Part shown: positions 29,664 to 45,727 of the stretch, piece by piece
How the letters are laid out: each line of letters opens with the position of its first letter
Position numbering within the stretch: the stretch's first letter is position 1
Source: Podarcis tiliguerta
Taxonomy: Eukaryota
Reading direction: 5' to 3' (one strand)
Assembly: GCA_965153285.1 (NCBI GenBank)
Contig: OZ229111.1
DNA length: 64,000 nt
Program-made: the position numbers and the translations under genes
Notes under the pieces: generated by a model
Told to the model about the DNA's origin: nothing
The model's database searches: none
Seen by the model: the letters and a program-made list of their open reading frames with translations, nothing else

Positions 29664-30689
29664 AGAAGTTGTCCCCAAGACGCAAGCAGCTTAGTCAAGC
29701 CTGCCTTTAAAAGGGTAGCACAAATCATCCCTAATGTAATTCAAAGATTCTTCAAGCTCTCCCTCAGTGGTTACTCCCACCTATGTTAAAGGCTTGGATA
29801 CCTACAGAGCAGTGTGACTGCTTCTCTCCGAATTCCTTGGGCCCCTGCATGATCACTGAGGTCTTTGTGGGAGTCACTTTTAGTGGTCCACCGTGGCTCA
29901 AATCCATAGTTGGTATCCAACAGGAGCTGTACACTTAGTATTACTGGCCCCATTTTATGGAACTCCCTTCCAGCTGATGTCAGGCAGCAGCCGCCACCAT
30001 TCCCTGCCCCCCCCCCAAAAAACTTCTGGTGCCTACTGAAGACTTTAATATTATTATTATTCCAGTAGGCATTGTAATTGAGGTTTGATTTTATAGTTTT
30101 GACCGATTTATATTTTTTGCACCGTATTCCTGCAAACCACTTAAGAGATGACTGTAGTTAAGCAGTATATAAATTGTTTGATATATAAATAAATCACGCA
30201 CGTGTCCCCAGTCCTGGAGGCAGAGAGCACAGCTTTTCAATGCTCTGCCTTTCATGTACCAGAAGCAACAACTGTAGTTTTAATAATGCCAAGTGTTAAA
30301 GCGCAACAGCTGCCAAGTGCTCCATTCTCCAGTCCTTTCTTCACTTGGCAGTGAAGTCATGGAACAGAATTATCTCCTCAAAGCCTATTGCCTGAAATTT
30401 ATTCCCATTTCCCATTTGAGAGAGGCCAAAACTTGAGGGCTCCAATTAATGTTAAACATCATGCTAACAGTCTTTAATGCATTAATATCTATTAAGGCAA
30501 TTTAACCATTCATAAAAGATTCTGCTGACAAACTCCAGGGATAACAATGTGATTAGCGAGAAGTGGAAGCCCCCAAGGGGCAAATTTTCTGCAAGTGGTT
30601 TCATTTAGTCTGCAAAGTCTTCCGTAAGTAAGTACTAAGCATCTCTTCGAGTGTAGAATGTGGAGTCCCTCTGCCCCAAGGATCGGCAC

Positions 30690-30875
30690 TGGGACCTGTG
30701 CTTTTCAACTTGTTCATAAACTACCTAGAGTTGGGAGTCAGCAGGGAAGTAGCCAAGTTTGCTGATGGTGGTAAATTGTTAAGGGTGGTTAAAACAAAGC
30801 AGTGCTGTGAAGCTTTCCAAAAGGATCTCTCCAAACTGAGAGAATGCATGGGAAAATGACAGATACAACTCAATT
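30690..30875 (+). mobile_element. Degenerate CR1 reverse-transcriptase fragment
   Basis: Reads LGPVLFNLFINYLELGVSREVAKFADG (decayed FADD) ... QKDLSKL. Confidence 0.75.
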
Positions 30876-31180
30876 TTAAAAATCATAAAAATGATAAAAC
30901 ATCAGGGTGAAAACCAGTATCTCAAAGTGATATCCACTACTTCCATGTAGTTTTCTTTAATAGGTAAACATAAAAGACCCCTGAACGGTTAAGTCGAGTC
31001 AAAGTTTTCTTTCATAACCCTGAAAGGATAGATAAAAAGGCAGAATATTTGAGTACCGGCAATAGGCTTTGAACAGTGGAGTAGCCCAGACTCGCAAAGG
31101 ACTTAACATCTAGTACTTCTGAGGACATTTCCAGGTCAGAGGATTCAGTTGCACAACGGCAATTGGAAAATCCAAGAACT

Positions 31181-31183
<3 letters not shown>

Positions 31184-31229
<46 letters not shown>

Positions 31230-31230
31230 T
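31184..31230. repeat. Compound (CT)n(GT)n microsatellite
   Basis: Direct observation. Confidence 0.95.
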
Positions 31231-31324
31231 TTGTGTATGTGTGGTGCCCTAAAAAGTCTTCCCCATTTTATTTTAAGTATATTGGCTGCCTACTAACTGA
31301 AGTTCTTAAGATGGCAGAGTATAA

Positions 31325-32281
<957 letters not shown>

Positions 32282-35200
32282 CTACAGGGAGGGGGAAGAA
32301 AAGTTGATTAGTCTCTCCCAACCTGCATTAACCTAATCTGTATGTACTACTGTTTATTTGTTTTAACTGATTGTTAAATAAATAAAACTTTTCCCCCATT
32401 ATCTTTGGTTTAATTCACGATGCTAAATTGTGGATAAGAGTGAACAGGAAAGCATGCAGGTGTAGAGTTATAAAATAGTGGCTAATTCACTCCTACTGCA
32501 CTGTTGGAAAATAAGCCATGGTTTGGCTTAGAATTACACATGAACTATGGCTCATTGATTGTCTAAACCATGGTTTGTCCTGCAACCAAGGTTTGCTTTT
32601 GGTTTACACCTTGTGGTTTGTCAAACCACATGCCTAGCAGGAGCAGAGATGAGAAAGATGCTTGTTATTTTCTAAATATGCAGCAACATGCTTGCTCTTT
32701 CACATACTGCCATAATTTGGCTTAGCGTGACATGCAAACTGAGCCACTGATTCCTATCCATTCTGTCCTTAACCACACAATGCTCAATGCTTTGTTTTTG
32801 TTCAGAAACATACACAAGGTACTGTTAGCTTACACACATTTCACTCCTGCATAGATACAAACAAGCAAGTGGGGGAGACATGTTCCACACTACAGCATTA
32901 TTGAAATAAAGGTACTTGGTGGGTCTTTTAGAAGACTTCAGCTGCAAAAAAAATAGTTTACCACTATAGCTCATGTCAACGTTGGGGATGGGGGGAACAG
33001 CACAAGGTCTGGAGCTGATGTTTATTTGCCCTCCCTACTTAAACCAGCAGAGGAAAAATTCAGATGACAACCAAGCACATAGAAAGAGTGTTGCATTTCA
33101 CTGGTGCAGAAAAAGATTTTAAGCTCTCCACTTTGCTTACTGGATCTTGGATGGACTGGTGACATCTCACAGGAACCTCCAGAACCTTCATGAGATCTCC
33201 CCAGAGTCTAATAAGCAATGTAGAGGGCTTAAAAGCTCTCTCTGCCTTCCGGGTGGGGCAAGGCCCACTCGGCACACCAGCTTCAGAAAGGTCACATGGA
33301 GGAGGGGAAATCTGTGGTTGTTCTGATTATAAGTGATCTCAGCTTTATGCACACTCCCTCTGAAAATAACCCTGTGCAAGTTGCAAGCCTACTGTATACT
33401 ATGACCGCAGTCTGGGCATGGATAATGGAAAAGCTCTAGCCTCAAGACTGATGCTGGTACCTCTTTGCATAACTAGATGCCCCATTTGCTGCAAGTCAGA
33501 GTCTTGCTAGATTTTAAGCCAAAGATATTAGACCATCTTAAAACACAGACCCAAATATATTTTTTGAAATTCTGCTTCTCAAGTGAAGGGACAATACATA
33601 ATCTGTAGCAGTAGCAGCATATAAACCTGTGTCCTATATTCCCCTTCCTCAGTAGTGCACTGTTCTACAACTTTCTTAGGATTTGGGGTCCTCACTTCAG
33701 CTGCCACTTCCTAAGGAGGAACAGAACAATATTTTCCGCTAGCGGGCTCCTCAATTCCATAAGTAGAAGGCTAGTTTATCTATGCCATACTATTAAGTAG
33801 CCTAGAAATGGGAACGTTATTAAAAAAAAAAAGCAATAAAAGAGAAGACCATCATGTGCGCTGTTCTACAACTCATGTTAGTGTGAAGATTTAACCTAAT
33901 AATACTGAACAAGATGAAAAACAGATCGAAGTACACACATAAAAAAAGCGAATTCGTGTATTGAGGTAGCGTGGGGGGAATACTTATTTATGCCTCCTCA
34001 TCAGCAGGTTTTTGAAACTTAATGCTACTACAACACTAGACAGTATTGCTTAGTAATTTGAAATCTACATAAAGCCCACAAAGCATCCTGAAGGAAAATA
34101 TGGTACAATCTGTCACAGTTATCGTTGGAGTGTGGATATTTGTGGAACCCTGTCAAGAGTACATTCCAGCATTCCTAGCCCCTTTTGAACAATAAGACCT
34201 AAGACTTGTTCTTCAAGAAAAGGAAGCTATCAGTTGCTTGAATTTGGCAGGGTTTTCAATTGCTTATCATGTAAGCAGTGGAAAATATTATATTCAATTT
34301 AATTATAATTTCATTATCACAGAATGCATATGTCCTTTACGCTGATCCTAGCAGTTTAGTCCGGTACATCTGTACTTCTGCAAAGTGAAGAATTTGTAGA
34401 GAAATTAGTACAATCACAATAGCCAAAGCAAGAATTCTGGTTTTTTTAAAAAATAAAATCAAGTCTCTAGTCATCCTACAGAAGCTCAAAAGTGGTCCTC
34501 TGGTTACAAAGTAAAGTTTATGTACCCCACATAATTTCATAATCACTTCCTCCTAAACCTCCTACTGTCTACCATGTTCTCAGCTCTCTGGGGGCAGCCC
34601 TTAAGACAACTCACAAAAAACGCCCAAATCAACCACTTGATACAAAACACAGTGCAAAGTAAATTTGCATTGTATTGATTTTCATGGTTTATTTTGAAAA
34701 GTAGAAGGCAAATTTCCGCAGTAGAGTATTTCCTGATTCGCTGAATACAAATGTGGCGTTGCATTTGGCTACAGCTCCTCTTTCAAATACCATTTTATAG
34801 CTCAAGCACAAATTTTCCTTTCCTAATGCAATTTAAATATGAATTTCTTCACTTCAGGTGTTTCTAAAACAGAAGGCTGCATAGACTGTTTGCCTAGAAT
34901 ATGTGGTACAATATGACTCAACTCAATACTGTGATTTAAACATTTCATGTATTATTAACATTGACTTCTTTTTCTTGGTGTAGAAATTAAGATCTATGCC
35001 AGTGCCAATAACATGCCATACAGTAACTGTTTTGTTGAATTATAGTTATTCACTTTGAACTAGACGTCAAAATAAGTTACCAATCTCAGATCTGGCATGG
35101 AAAGATTCAGATTTTGAAATTTTAAACATTTCCATTAGAATTTTTATACTGAGAGTCACCTAAAGATCAAAATCAAGTCTTTCTAACGCTGCTACCCCCT

Positions 35201-37373
35201 TTTAAAAGAAGTGGAGGTGTGGGGAATTGAACTGAGGATCTTCTACATGCAAAGCATGTGCCCTACCATTGAGCTACAGCTTTCCCCTTGAGTTTTTACT
35301 ACCTATTTAATATGTGCATTGGATAAATGTAGGACATACCAATGGATAAACCCAGGACCCTAAGGTGACGTTATTTCTAGATACTGTGCTGCGCCCACCC
35401 CCCTTTGTAGTTCTACCTTGCTTTTTCTTCTGTCTTGAGAAAATAGAGCAGAAAGAAAGAAATATATTAGTGAAGGACAGAAGGGAGTCTGAAGCTTCAA
35501 GTTTTCTTGTTGTGTCTTGACATAGGAACGTATGGAAGGGGAAGAGCATGAATCAGCTATTAGAGTATGTAGGATGCAGCAGACTGCTATAGTTTGACTA
35601 CATTTAGTATTTGAGGGAGGGGAGAAGGAATTTATAAGCTTATGTGAAGTTATTTACTGTTATCCAAAAACCATGTAAAGGGTGGAAGGGTGACTTTGGG
35701 AGTTATTTAGGTGGGCTGAGGAAATATTGCCACTGTTACTATTTTTTGAAAAATGGGGGAAAGTTGAGTGATTTTAAAAGGGGGCATATTTGTATTTAAT
35801 TTGGTAAAGCCAAACAAGCAGCCACTATAAGATTCTGAAAGATGGGGCACATTGAAGTAGAAGTCCACCCATGCAAATTGACCCAATGTCCATTGTCATA
35901 CACAATCTGGCAAGGAATATGATAGACAGTCATAGTGGGAGTAAGACTGGGAAAGAGGTACCAAGGCAAAACACATAAAAATCTAAAAATGGTGAGACTT
36001 TTTAAAAATAGCTAGTGAGGAAGTCATGTGTATTTCTTGGGGGATTGTATTCCATGAGTATGGGGCTACCAGTGAAGACCACTTGTCTTTGATATCATTC
36101 AACTATTACCACACAGAGTCTGATTTATTAAAGCAGTTTCTAGGTTCAGATATAAAGGGAGATGGTGGTTTAAGAAACTCAAAGTTTTATATTATGGCAT
36201 GTGAGTGAAAAGAGGAGAAAAATTATGGGCACAATGCTCCTTTTTTCAGTCAAATAAAACACATATTATTTGGCCATTGCTGTCATACCTAAGCCATGCC
36301 TGTAAGTCAAAACTAGCACCTTGCATTGTGCACAGGACACAATTACAGATGCAATATGTACTTCGGAGCATAGATATAAGTTGGTTCCAACAAACCCAGC
36401 CCTAGATAATCTACCACATTCTGTGCCTGTGGAAAATTCTGTTTTCAGGGGCACGCCCCACACAAGAGCACATTACAGGTGTCTGGTCCTTTGAAGGTAA
36501 TTTGAATTATCCAGCAATAAGAGATGCCAACCATCAAGCAGAAATGCCTAGCTGAAATCCAGCCAACAAAGCTGAATATGCATAGCGATTACTAAACTCG
36601 ACCGACAAGGAGGAAGTAAGCCACATCTAGAACAGGAACCCTAAACTCCCAAAGGCCACAGGACCTGCCAGCTATCATCATCACCAAGATTCAACTTCAG
36701 CTGGTTCACTTCAGCTCCTGACCATGTCCAAACACTGAATAAGCATTCTAAGGACAGGTGCAGCCTTGGAAGAAAAAGTCAAGTCTGCATATCCTCACCA
36801 GTTGCAACAGCAGCTTGCAAGTCAGCTCTCCTATTTTCCTAACACTGCATGTTGCTGCCAGTTACCCAAGAGGGGGAGGCAAGGCCACAGCATTGGGGGG
36901 AGTCAGATTAGCTCCCTGCTGCTTTGTCCCTCCCCCTCTCAGTAACAACAGTGATGCTTTGGGAAGGTAGGAGAGCAATGTTTCACCCATGCCACCTCTC
37001 TTGACTGCTACTGACTACTTGTCTATGCCCCAAAACTATGACCAAGACCAGGGGCGAAAACCTCATCATTCTTTTTTACCACCCCAAATCGAAGAACAAA
37101 AGAAGCTTGGAAAGAAAAGGCTCCAGTCACACAATGAAGAGATGTTCGTGACCAGATCCAAAGCCTTCCTGGCCACAAATGCTGAAGCATTCAAAAATGT
37201 TTTGTGTGTCCTGGTCACCTTATCACTACCCCACAGTCAAAAGTATCAAGAGCCACAGACTATCTAATAAGAAAAAGTAGGGCGATTATCAGAACCCTAA
37301 CCACACTGTGGATCAAGTTACAAGTTATACATAACATCAGGCTGGCATTAAAAAAGATACAGGTAATTTTTCA

Positions 37374-37853
<480 letters not shown>

Positions 37854-38155
37854 TCACTATTAATACATGAACCTGAATTGGCTGGTTTCTCAAACTCAGC
37901 AGATTCTACAGCTAGAGCACTGAATAATCTCAAGGATGTATACCCAAATAGGGGATTTAGCAGATTCTGCAGAAATGGGTGCTTATGAAAGCGAAACATC
38001 CTATGAAACCAGGCCATTTCTGTAAGAAAGCATATTTGCTCCAATGTAATGCTCATCCTTGCTTAATAAGAGCCCCATCTGTAGCCATGCAAGTATTTGC
38101 ATCTCAGCTTGCTTTTCCCATTTACTTTCAATGCACTGACACTGCAGCCCACCAA

Positions 38156-38445
38156 GACAAAGGTGGCGTTGTGGTCTAAACCACCAAACCTCTTGGGTTT
38201 GCTGATCATAAGGTCGGCAGTTTGAATCCAAGCGATGGGTGAGTTCCCATTGTTTTGTCCCAGCTCCTGCCAACCTAGCAGCTCGAAAGCGTAACAGAAC
38301 CAGTAGATAAATAGGTACCAGAGTCGCGGGAAGGTAAACAGCGTTTCCATGTGCTCTGGCTACCGTCACGTTGTCCCATTGCACCAGATGCGTTTTAGTT
38401 ATGCTGGCCACATGACCCAGAAAGCTGTCTGTGGACAAACTCCAG
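38156..38445 (+). mobile_element. Sauria SINE, diverged and 3'-truncated
   Basis: Homologous to the 21063-21433 copy in the opposite orientation. Confidence 0.8.
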
Positions 38446-39115
38446 TTGATTGAACTTAACGGTCCAGTCAAACCAAAGGCTGCAATCTTATAAACATTTA
38501 AGCTAGGGACAAATATTCAACTCTACAGGGCTTATTTTCAATTAAACATGTACACTACACTGCATTTCCCTATGCCAAAGTACTTTGATGCAGGATCCCA
38601 GTTTCTGTATAGAATGGCTTTAACTTTATAAAGTTATATTTAGTACTGTACAGTTTGTTTTTGGTGCAGTAACAGAAATAATGGATTACCACTCCATGAC
38701 AGCTCCACAGCTGTCAGTGCATTCAGTAGTTTCACAACTACCTGTCCAATACATAATAAGAAGCATCAGCAACTTCTGAAGGAGGATAAACCAGCTGAGT
38801 TGCCAACTAGGCTCTGCTGGAAGATGGTAGGCAAACAGAAGCAGTGTTCGAAATTCCCCAAGCGCCAAGCACATTTTGCTACTGGCACAGGTCCAACTGC
38901 AACTACCTTGAGATTTCTGGACACCAAAGTTGGCAAACACATGTTTAAAAACCTCTGCCTTAGTCCAGAGTGAATTTCTACTGTGTGTTTTTCTACTTCT
39001 TGCATACTGGGACAAGTGAACTTTTGTAAGAGGAAGCTACAGTCAAGCAATGTAGTTGAGATCACAGAATTGTAGCATTGGAAGAGACCCCGAGGGTCAT
39101 CTGGCCCAAGCTCCT

Positions 39116-39346
39116 AGTGTGGTGTAGTGGTTAAGAGCGGTGGACTCGTAATCTGGGGAACCGGGTTTGATTCCCTGCTCCTCCACATGCAGCTATTGGG
39201 TGACCTTAGGCCAGTCACACTTCTCTGAAGTCTCTCAGCCCCACTCACCTGACAGAGTGTTTGTTGTGGGTAAGGAAGGGAAAAGGAGATTGTTAGCCTC
39301 TCTGAGACTCCTTCAGGTAGTGATAAAGCGGGATATCAAATCCAAA
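39116..39346 (+). mobile_element. Squam3-like SINE
   Basis: Aligns to 22205-22456. Confidence 0.8.
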
Positions 39347-39773
39347 TCCATTGTGGCGACTGTAACCTAGGTTTAAGGTGCCATTTGGCACCTAGCTTAT
39401 ATATCTGAGTTTCTAACACTGAACAGAAGTGGGGGCTTGGAGATTTCAAAGGCCAAAATTCCAACGTAACAAAAGATTCCATCCATAGCAGGCCTGATAA
39501 ATGCTGAGGAACTTAGGGGTATTCCCCATCCCTCTCATCTGGAAGAACTATACTGTAATACCATATCTTCAGCATGTTGTTTGCTGTCCTTCAAGTGACC
39601 CTGGACTAGAGTGGTAGAAGAAATGTTTCCTTTCATTCTGTCTTCCAGCAGGCCCTATCTAAGTCTTCAATGGGATGCGTAAAGATGCAGGAGGTCCGAG
39701 AAACCATTTAGCAGTCTGAACCTTAGTTCAGGGGATTTTTGGCTGGAGATGCGCAATCAACTTAAAACAAGTA

Positions 39774-39984
39774 CAGTGGTACCTCGGGTTACATATGCTT
39801 CAGGTTACAGATTCCGCTAACCCAGAAATAGTGCTTCAGGTTAAGAACTTTGCTTCAGGATAAAAACAGAAATCATGCTCCGGCGGTGCGGCAGCAGCAG
39901 CGGAGGCCCCATTAGCTAAAGTGGTGCTTCAGGTTAAGAACAGACCTCCAGAACGAATTAAGTACTTAACCCGAGGTACCACTG
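39774..39984. mobile_element. Tc1/mariner (Tigger-like) MITE
   Basis: TIR CAGTGGTACCTCGGGTTA, TA TSD. Confidence 0.88.
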
Positions 39985-40059
39985 TATTCTCCTCCTAGCA
40001 CCTTTTCCCCTGAATGAAGATAAATACCCAATTAACCTAATATCTTTAACTCTCCAATC

Positions 40060-40199
40060 CAGGCATAGGCAAACTCGGCCCTCCATATGTTTTGGGACTA
40101 CAATTCCCATCATCCTTGACCACTGGTCCTGTTAGCTAGGGATGATGGGAATTGTAGTCTCAAAAAAACCATCTGGAGGGCCGAGTTTGCCTATGACTG
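40060..40199. mobile_element. hAT MITE
   Basis: Same family; perfect 8-bp TSD CTCCAATC. Confidence 0.88.
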
Positions 40200-42899
40200 C
40201 TCCAATCCTTCTTTTGATACAAAATTATTCCTTGTGGGTAACCTACAGCCCTGAGCCTAATTACAAAAGCTACCCACTTCTCTGGGAAAAGTAATCAGTT
40301 CCTCCTTTAGCAGCCAGCTGGGCAGGGAGTAAGAGATTGTGCTTCCAGAGAAAGAAAGGAAAGGGCCCGCCCCCTGGTCCTGTGTACTTTTGGCTTTGGC
40401 ATATCCATTCCGACTACCAGCATGTGGCTGTTGACCAAAAAAAGCAAAGGTTCCCCACCAATGCTGTAATACCAGCCATACTTAAATCTTCAGGCGAATC
40501 ACTTGAATAAAATTCCTAAACTCAGATCAGCTTGGTCATAAGTCTAGAAATAGTGACCAGCATAACTTAAGCATGGCACTTAAGCATAGGTGACATAAAA
40601 TGCATGTTAGTAGCTATGACTGCAAAATAAATGTTGAGCCTATGTGTAATACTGGAACATAAACATGGGAATGTTGATCCATAGCAGAATAAGTAATACT
40701 TCTGAAAATAATCAATTACAGCAGTTTAAATGAAATTACATTATTTCTGCCATAGCCAAGACACGCATTTAGAAATATATTGTCAGCACAGAATCAAGTT
40801 TAAGAAATTTAGGCAGAAACTTAAGAGACCAAGTAAAATGAAGTTCTGTGCTGTGCATTTCCTTTAATAATAAGTTACCTGAAACTTACTACAGACACAA
40901 AATGCCAGCCAACAAATTCACTTGGATGTGCTCTGGAGCTGAACCAAAGTTTTACCGATCCTGGAACACTAAGGCAATCAAAGGGCAGATGTTCAGATTT
41001 GATGCAACTGGTGATGTTTTGAAATATATCAAATTTAACAGTGAAGAGGACACTATCTAAAGTTAAGGAAAAATATTGCTTCATTGGTTTATTTGATGCA
41101 TTGCATAACTACTATATCCAACCCAACCCTGCTTTGTCTAAAAACATGGTCAAGCAAGTTAAAATGTTAATTCTTCCCATGAAAGATAAAATTCATGATG
41201 TGTTAAGTAGGTATCATGCAATTATGTTTTGCTAGGACACCTTCCAAATGCAAGTGTTTGCTATCCTATTTTTTAGCATATAAATCATTTTATTATAATG
41301 GACAACATTTTTGTAAAGATTACCAAAAAATAAAAATAAAGTTGCCCAACGTAACATTCATTTACAAATATTGCCATGGATTCTGGCCTGCAGGTTAATA
41401 ACATTTCCTGCACTGCTCTAGACAAACAGGTCACAGTTTTCTCTGCTGGGTGGCTGCTTTGTGCTGACTTGTTCACCACCATCCTGGAACAATTTTTACT
41501 AAGAGTCCTAACCCAGCCTAAGCCTCTCACCATTTCAATTGAAGTACAACAATCCAACACTCGTTTTAAAGGAGGCAGTTTTAAGAATTATGCATGCATT
41601 AGGTTGTATTCAACTAACTTTTACTCAGAATGGACCGAACTTCATCATGGGCATTCATTTCAATGGGTTTGCATTGAGTACAAGTTAGTTGAATACAACC
41701 CATTCAAGTCTATTCTCCTTCAAGGGAGACACCTACATGTCAGACTGATAAATTACTATAGCTGAATAAAGTGTGAAGTCATTCAATCCACCAGAGGGCC
41801 ATGAAGCAGCCTGCCTTACTTGCTGCAGACCAGATGAATTCACATCAGTAGACCAAGAAATGACTACAGTAAGCATAGCTAAGGAGGAATAGTGCTATAG
41901 AATAAACTGCTCAAAAGAAGGTTCCAAGAAGGAAAATAAGGAGAAGTAAGGTTGCTCCAATTGAAACTAGAACCCAAATAAGTCATGCCCAAAGTAAGAG
42001 CCAGTAGCTCTACAGATGCTACAGACAAATTTGACTGAAATCAAGATGGCACCTTTGAAAACACATGGAGACATCTATAGCAGTATTATTCTAGCGGGGC
42101 CCTATACTTCCAGCTGCCCTATGCACATTTATATACATACATACATTTATATACATACATATATAATACATACATACACAGCAAATTGATAGGCATTGAT
42201 TTTTCCTTTCTAGGTTAAAGCTAGAACTCCAAAGCAGGCCCAGGTGTCATTCTAATACAACAAAGTAGCCAACCAACACTGTGCAACCAATATACAACCA
42301 ATATTCCAGGTGAGTGCATCAGCTTAGTTTCTAGAGCAATGCAAAGAAGGAATCAACATTAAGGTCTGGAAGAATACAGTCACATGGCGGAGGGGTGTGT
42401 GTGTGCTCCCAAATGGGTTACCTGGGCAACCTTAGTTTGTCACACAGTTGGATAGGACCTCTGTTGTTTGCCATTCAGAGAAACCAGCACTAAGTGTTAA
42501 GAAAAGATCACTTGTCAGGCTACATCACTCTTTTCACATCATCAGACAACAGTGACTAGAATAAGAAAAGAGTAGAGTAAACGATGGGTGGGGCGAGGTT
42601 TTAGAGGTTCCGTGCAGCCATTTCAAGGACATTGAAGCATCTTACATACACCTGGAGCATCTCACATGAGGAACAGAACAATGCTACGTAGCCCACTAGG
42701 TCAAGCAGTTTTGCGTGCTTGTTGTGAACTGGCCGGTAGTTTCGAAATTAAGTGGTAGCAGCTCCCAAGTTTGGAACCAGTTGTGACCAGCACCCACGGT
42801 GAAGGACAAAAGGGCTGCGTGACAACTTCCCAGTCCTTACCGCCAACCCACGGAAGGGCGTCAAGACCTCTTCATTGGGCAGGGAAATTATTTGGAAAA

Positions 42900-44480
42900 G
42901 CGGGGTTACGGCCAACCGGCGCCTTCCTAGCGGCCACACAAAAGGCACCCGGAGGGCGGGAGAGGGTAGCGCCCCTAACCCCAACCCTATATACGGCCCC
43001 CAGAGATGGATGCTACCGAAACCTCAGCCGCGTACCGACTAAACCGATGCTACCCCTCTGGCTTCAACCGCTCACCCTACCCCACGCCGTCAAGCAATCC
43101 CACCCACCCCTTAAACAAAGGGACACGTGCGCTTTTCGGCGACCCGGGCCCCGAGCAGGCAGCCCTTTTGGATACGTCTGCACCGGCGCGCATGCAGCGC
43201 GTTGCAAGGGAGGGAAATGGAAAGGACGGGAGGTGGGAGACCATTACAGGCGAGCCCCATTCATATTTCCCCCATATTTCCCAGGAGGGGGGACGTGGGC
43301 TATTCGTTTCGCGCACCTCCCTCAGAAGGTGGAGTGGGAGGGGAGGACGCCTGAAGATGAAAGCGAGGCAAGCAGGGAGGAGGAGGAGGACCGCCCCCCC
43401 CCGTCTAGGTGGGAGCAGAGACCCCGCTGCTTTCGCCTCCCCCTCCCCATCTCGTCCAGGCTAGGCGGGAAAATGTGGGGGAGGGGGAAAGAGAGGGGGG
43501 CATTCGCAGCTTCCCCTGCTTCCTCCCCGCTCCTTCTATTCCCCGCACGCCTCACCTCTTCTCCGCGCGCGCGTGCCCGCGCCGTCCTCTCGGCCGCTCA
43601 AGCTGGTCCGCTGTCTGCGGAGCCGCCTCTCCCCCCGGCGCGCGCGCGCTCTCGAACCGACTCCGCACTACCCGCCCCGCCCCCGCTCCCGGCGCCTTTA
43701 GCGCCACACCGAGCTCTCCCCACCTCCTCTCTGGCACCGCCCACCAATAGGGTGGGAGAAAAAGAAAGTTGCTGGGCTGCCCCGTTGGTCGCCTCGCCCG
43801 CCTATCGGCGGTTTTCCTCGCCGCCTATTGGTCATTCCCTTTAGACCCGCCCCCGTCCAAGCCAGGCTCATAGCAACCTTCGCAAAGCTTCTCGTCCGAA
43901 ATTCCATCTCCTCTCGCTTCACCGACCCTTTGCGAGGCCTCGGATTGGCTGGCTGCCTCTGCCTATCAATGGGAAGCAGCCCTTCCAGTGCTGGGCGTCT
44001 TTACGCTTGTCACCCGAGCGTATTGGAATAGAGGCGGGACATTGGACGGCTGCGGTTGTCCCGTTTTGCGGCGGCGGCTGCTGCTGCTGCTCCTCCTTTC
44101 CTCGCCGAGGTCAAAGCGAGCTCGGACCAGAGTGGCGCCGCGCGGGGTCAGGTGCAGCGGCCGTGGTAATGCGCGCGCGCCGTGCGGCCGAGCAGCGCTG
44201 CAGCCTTTGCTCCCGCTGGGGTGCATGTGTCGCATGTAGCAGCACCCCGCCCACTTGCGCCGCATGCATCTGCAAGCAGCTGCAGTTGCCGCGCGCGCCA
44301 TCGCCCTCCTCCCTCTCTGCGTGCCTGGTGTAATTAGGACATGCACTAGCGCGGTGCGTGTAGCGGGCTGCCCATCCTGTGGTGCTGCGTGTAGCGTTGC
44401 GGGAGCAGAGTCACCCCAAGCGCTGAGGCCTTGGGGTACGATGCGCGCCGCGCCCCACCCGCCGCATAGGCCGTGGCATT
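42900..44480. promoter_or_regulatory. CpG-island promoter of MYH10 with GC boxes and five CCAAT/ATTGG boxes
   Basis: Abrupt GC/CpG enrichment; CCCGCCCC at ~43671-43685 and ~43846; CCAAT 43744-43748; ATTGG at 43827, 43944, 44022, 44041. Confidence 0.88.
43556..43670 (-). other. MYH10: Putative non-coding first exon of MYH10 (5' end approximate)
   Basis: Strong donor GAG|GTGAGG at 43555 inside the CpG island, downstream (minus sense) of GC boxes and CCAAT boxes. Confidence 0.65.
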
Positions 44481-45727
44481 GTAGCAAATCCAGACCCTGC
44501 ATTGACTCCCTCCTTCCCTCCCTCTTACAGACCCCTCTACTTTACACATCGTCCGTGTTGACCATTTCCCTCATACCTGGTACAAAAGCAAGAATGCTTT
44601 TTGCATTGCATTCCTGCAGTGAATTAGATGTCTTAAAGTACCACTCCCTTTCTCATGGAAAACTACCCTTTCATTCACCTGGGAGGTGATTTTCTGCAAA
44701 GACTGCAGTACAAATAACGTCATCTAAATTGCTTTTCCTCGCCCATTCTCTATGCAACAATCCCCCCCCCCCGCCCGCCCGTCTTGAGGGTCTGTGTAGA
44801 ATGATTATACACCCACCAGGAACTGAGTTCACACCTCTGATACCTCTTGGCCTCGGCTCCACCCTCTGCTTTTTGCTGCTCACAGCTACACTCATTCTCT
44901 GCCAGTTCATGTTCATACCACACATGCACATAATCTATTGCCAATAACTAGACATGGACACTTTGACATTAAGTGAGTGATCGATTACAATTTAACCTTA
45001 ACATGCTTTTCTTGCATGATATGCTACAGGTTTAACCAATTTGTTCCGAATGCTACTGATAATTAAATGCAGAGTGGCGGGAAACTGTGTGTGTACGCCA
45101 AAAAGTTTATTTTTAAAATCCAGTGATCATAGTTTGTAATCTCAGTTCAGCAACAGCAAGGCTGGCTTCTGAATGTATCTGGAGAGGACTTGAGGTCACT
45201 GAGAGAGTTCACAGGGCTAATTGGATCTGGTGCTAAGGAGACTGATCAGGTGAAACTCATTAACAGGGTTAATGTATATACTGCACTTCAAAAGAATAAA
45301 GGCAAATTCTCCATCAAGAAAAATAATTCAATAACTGATACAAATGTTTGTATATGCTCATAATGTGTTTTGCTGTTTCTAATTAGGGGAAGAGGTAGAA
45401 GCACCAGTCTGGAAATTCTACTTGGATCCCAGCTCTCTGAGAGCCGCTCCCACTTCCCATCACATTTTCAAGCCTCTCTTTGCAAACATACGGACTAAAG
45501 TTTGCTTTTTAAAAGTAAAGCCAATAATTTATGGGTGCTGGATTTTTAACCCAGAATTAACTTCTGTACTGGACTGTTTGTATGGAAATCCAGAACATGC
45601 TCAGTCCTTTCCTTTGAAAGTCTAGGTCAGTGGTTCTTAATCTTTCTTAGTCATTGACCCCTTGGAGAATCTGATGAAAGCTATGGATCTCAGAAAAAAT
45701 GCACAAAAATACAAAATTTTGCACATA

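Noticed and set aside
42771-43844. 357-aa ORF and other overlapping ORFs in 42.7-44.7 kb
   Set aside because: Pro/Arg/Ala-rich translations in several frames on both strands are expected from stop-codon scarcity in a CpG island; no recognisable domain
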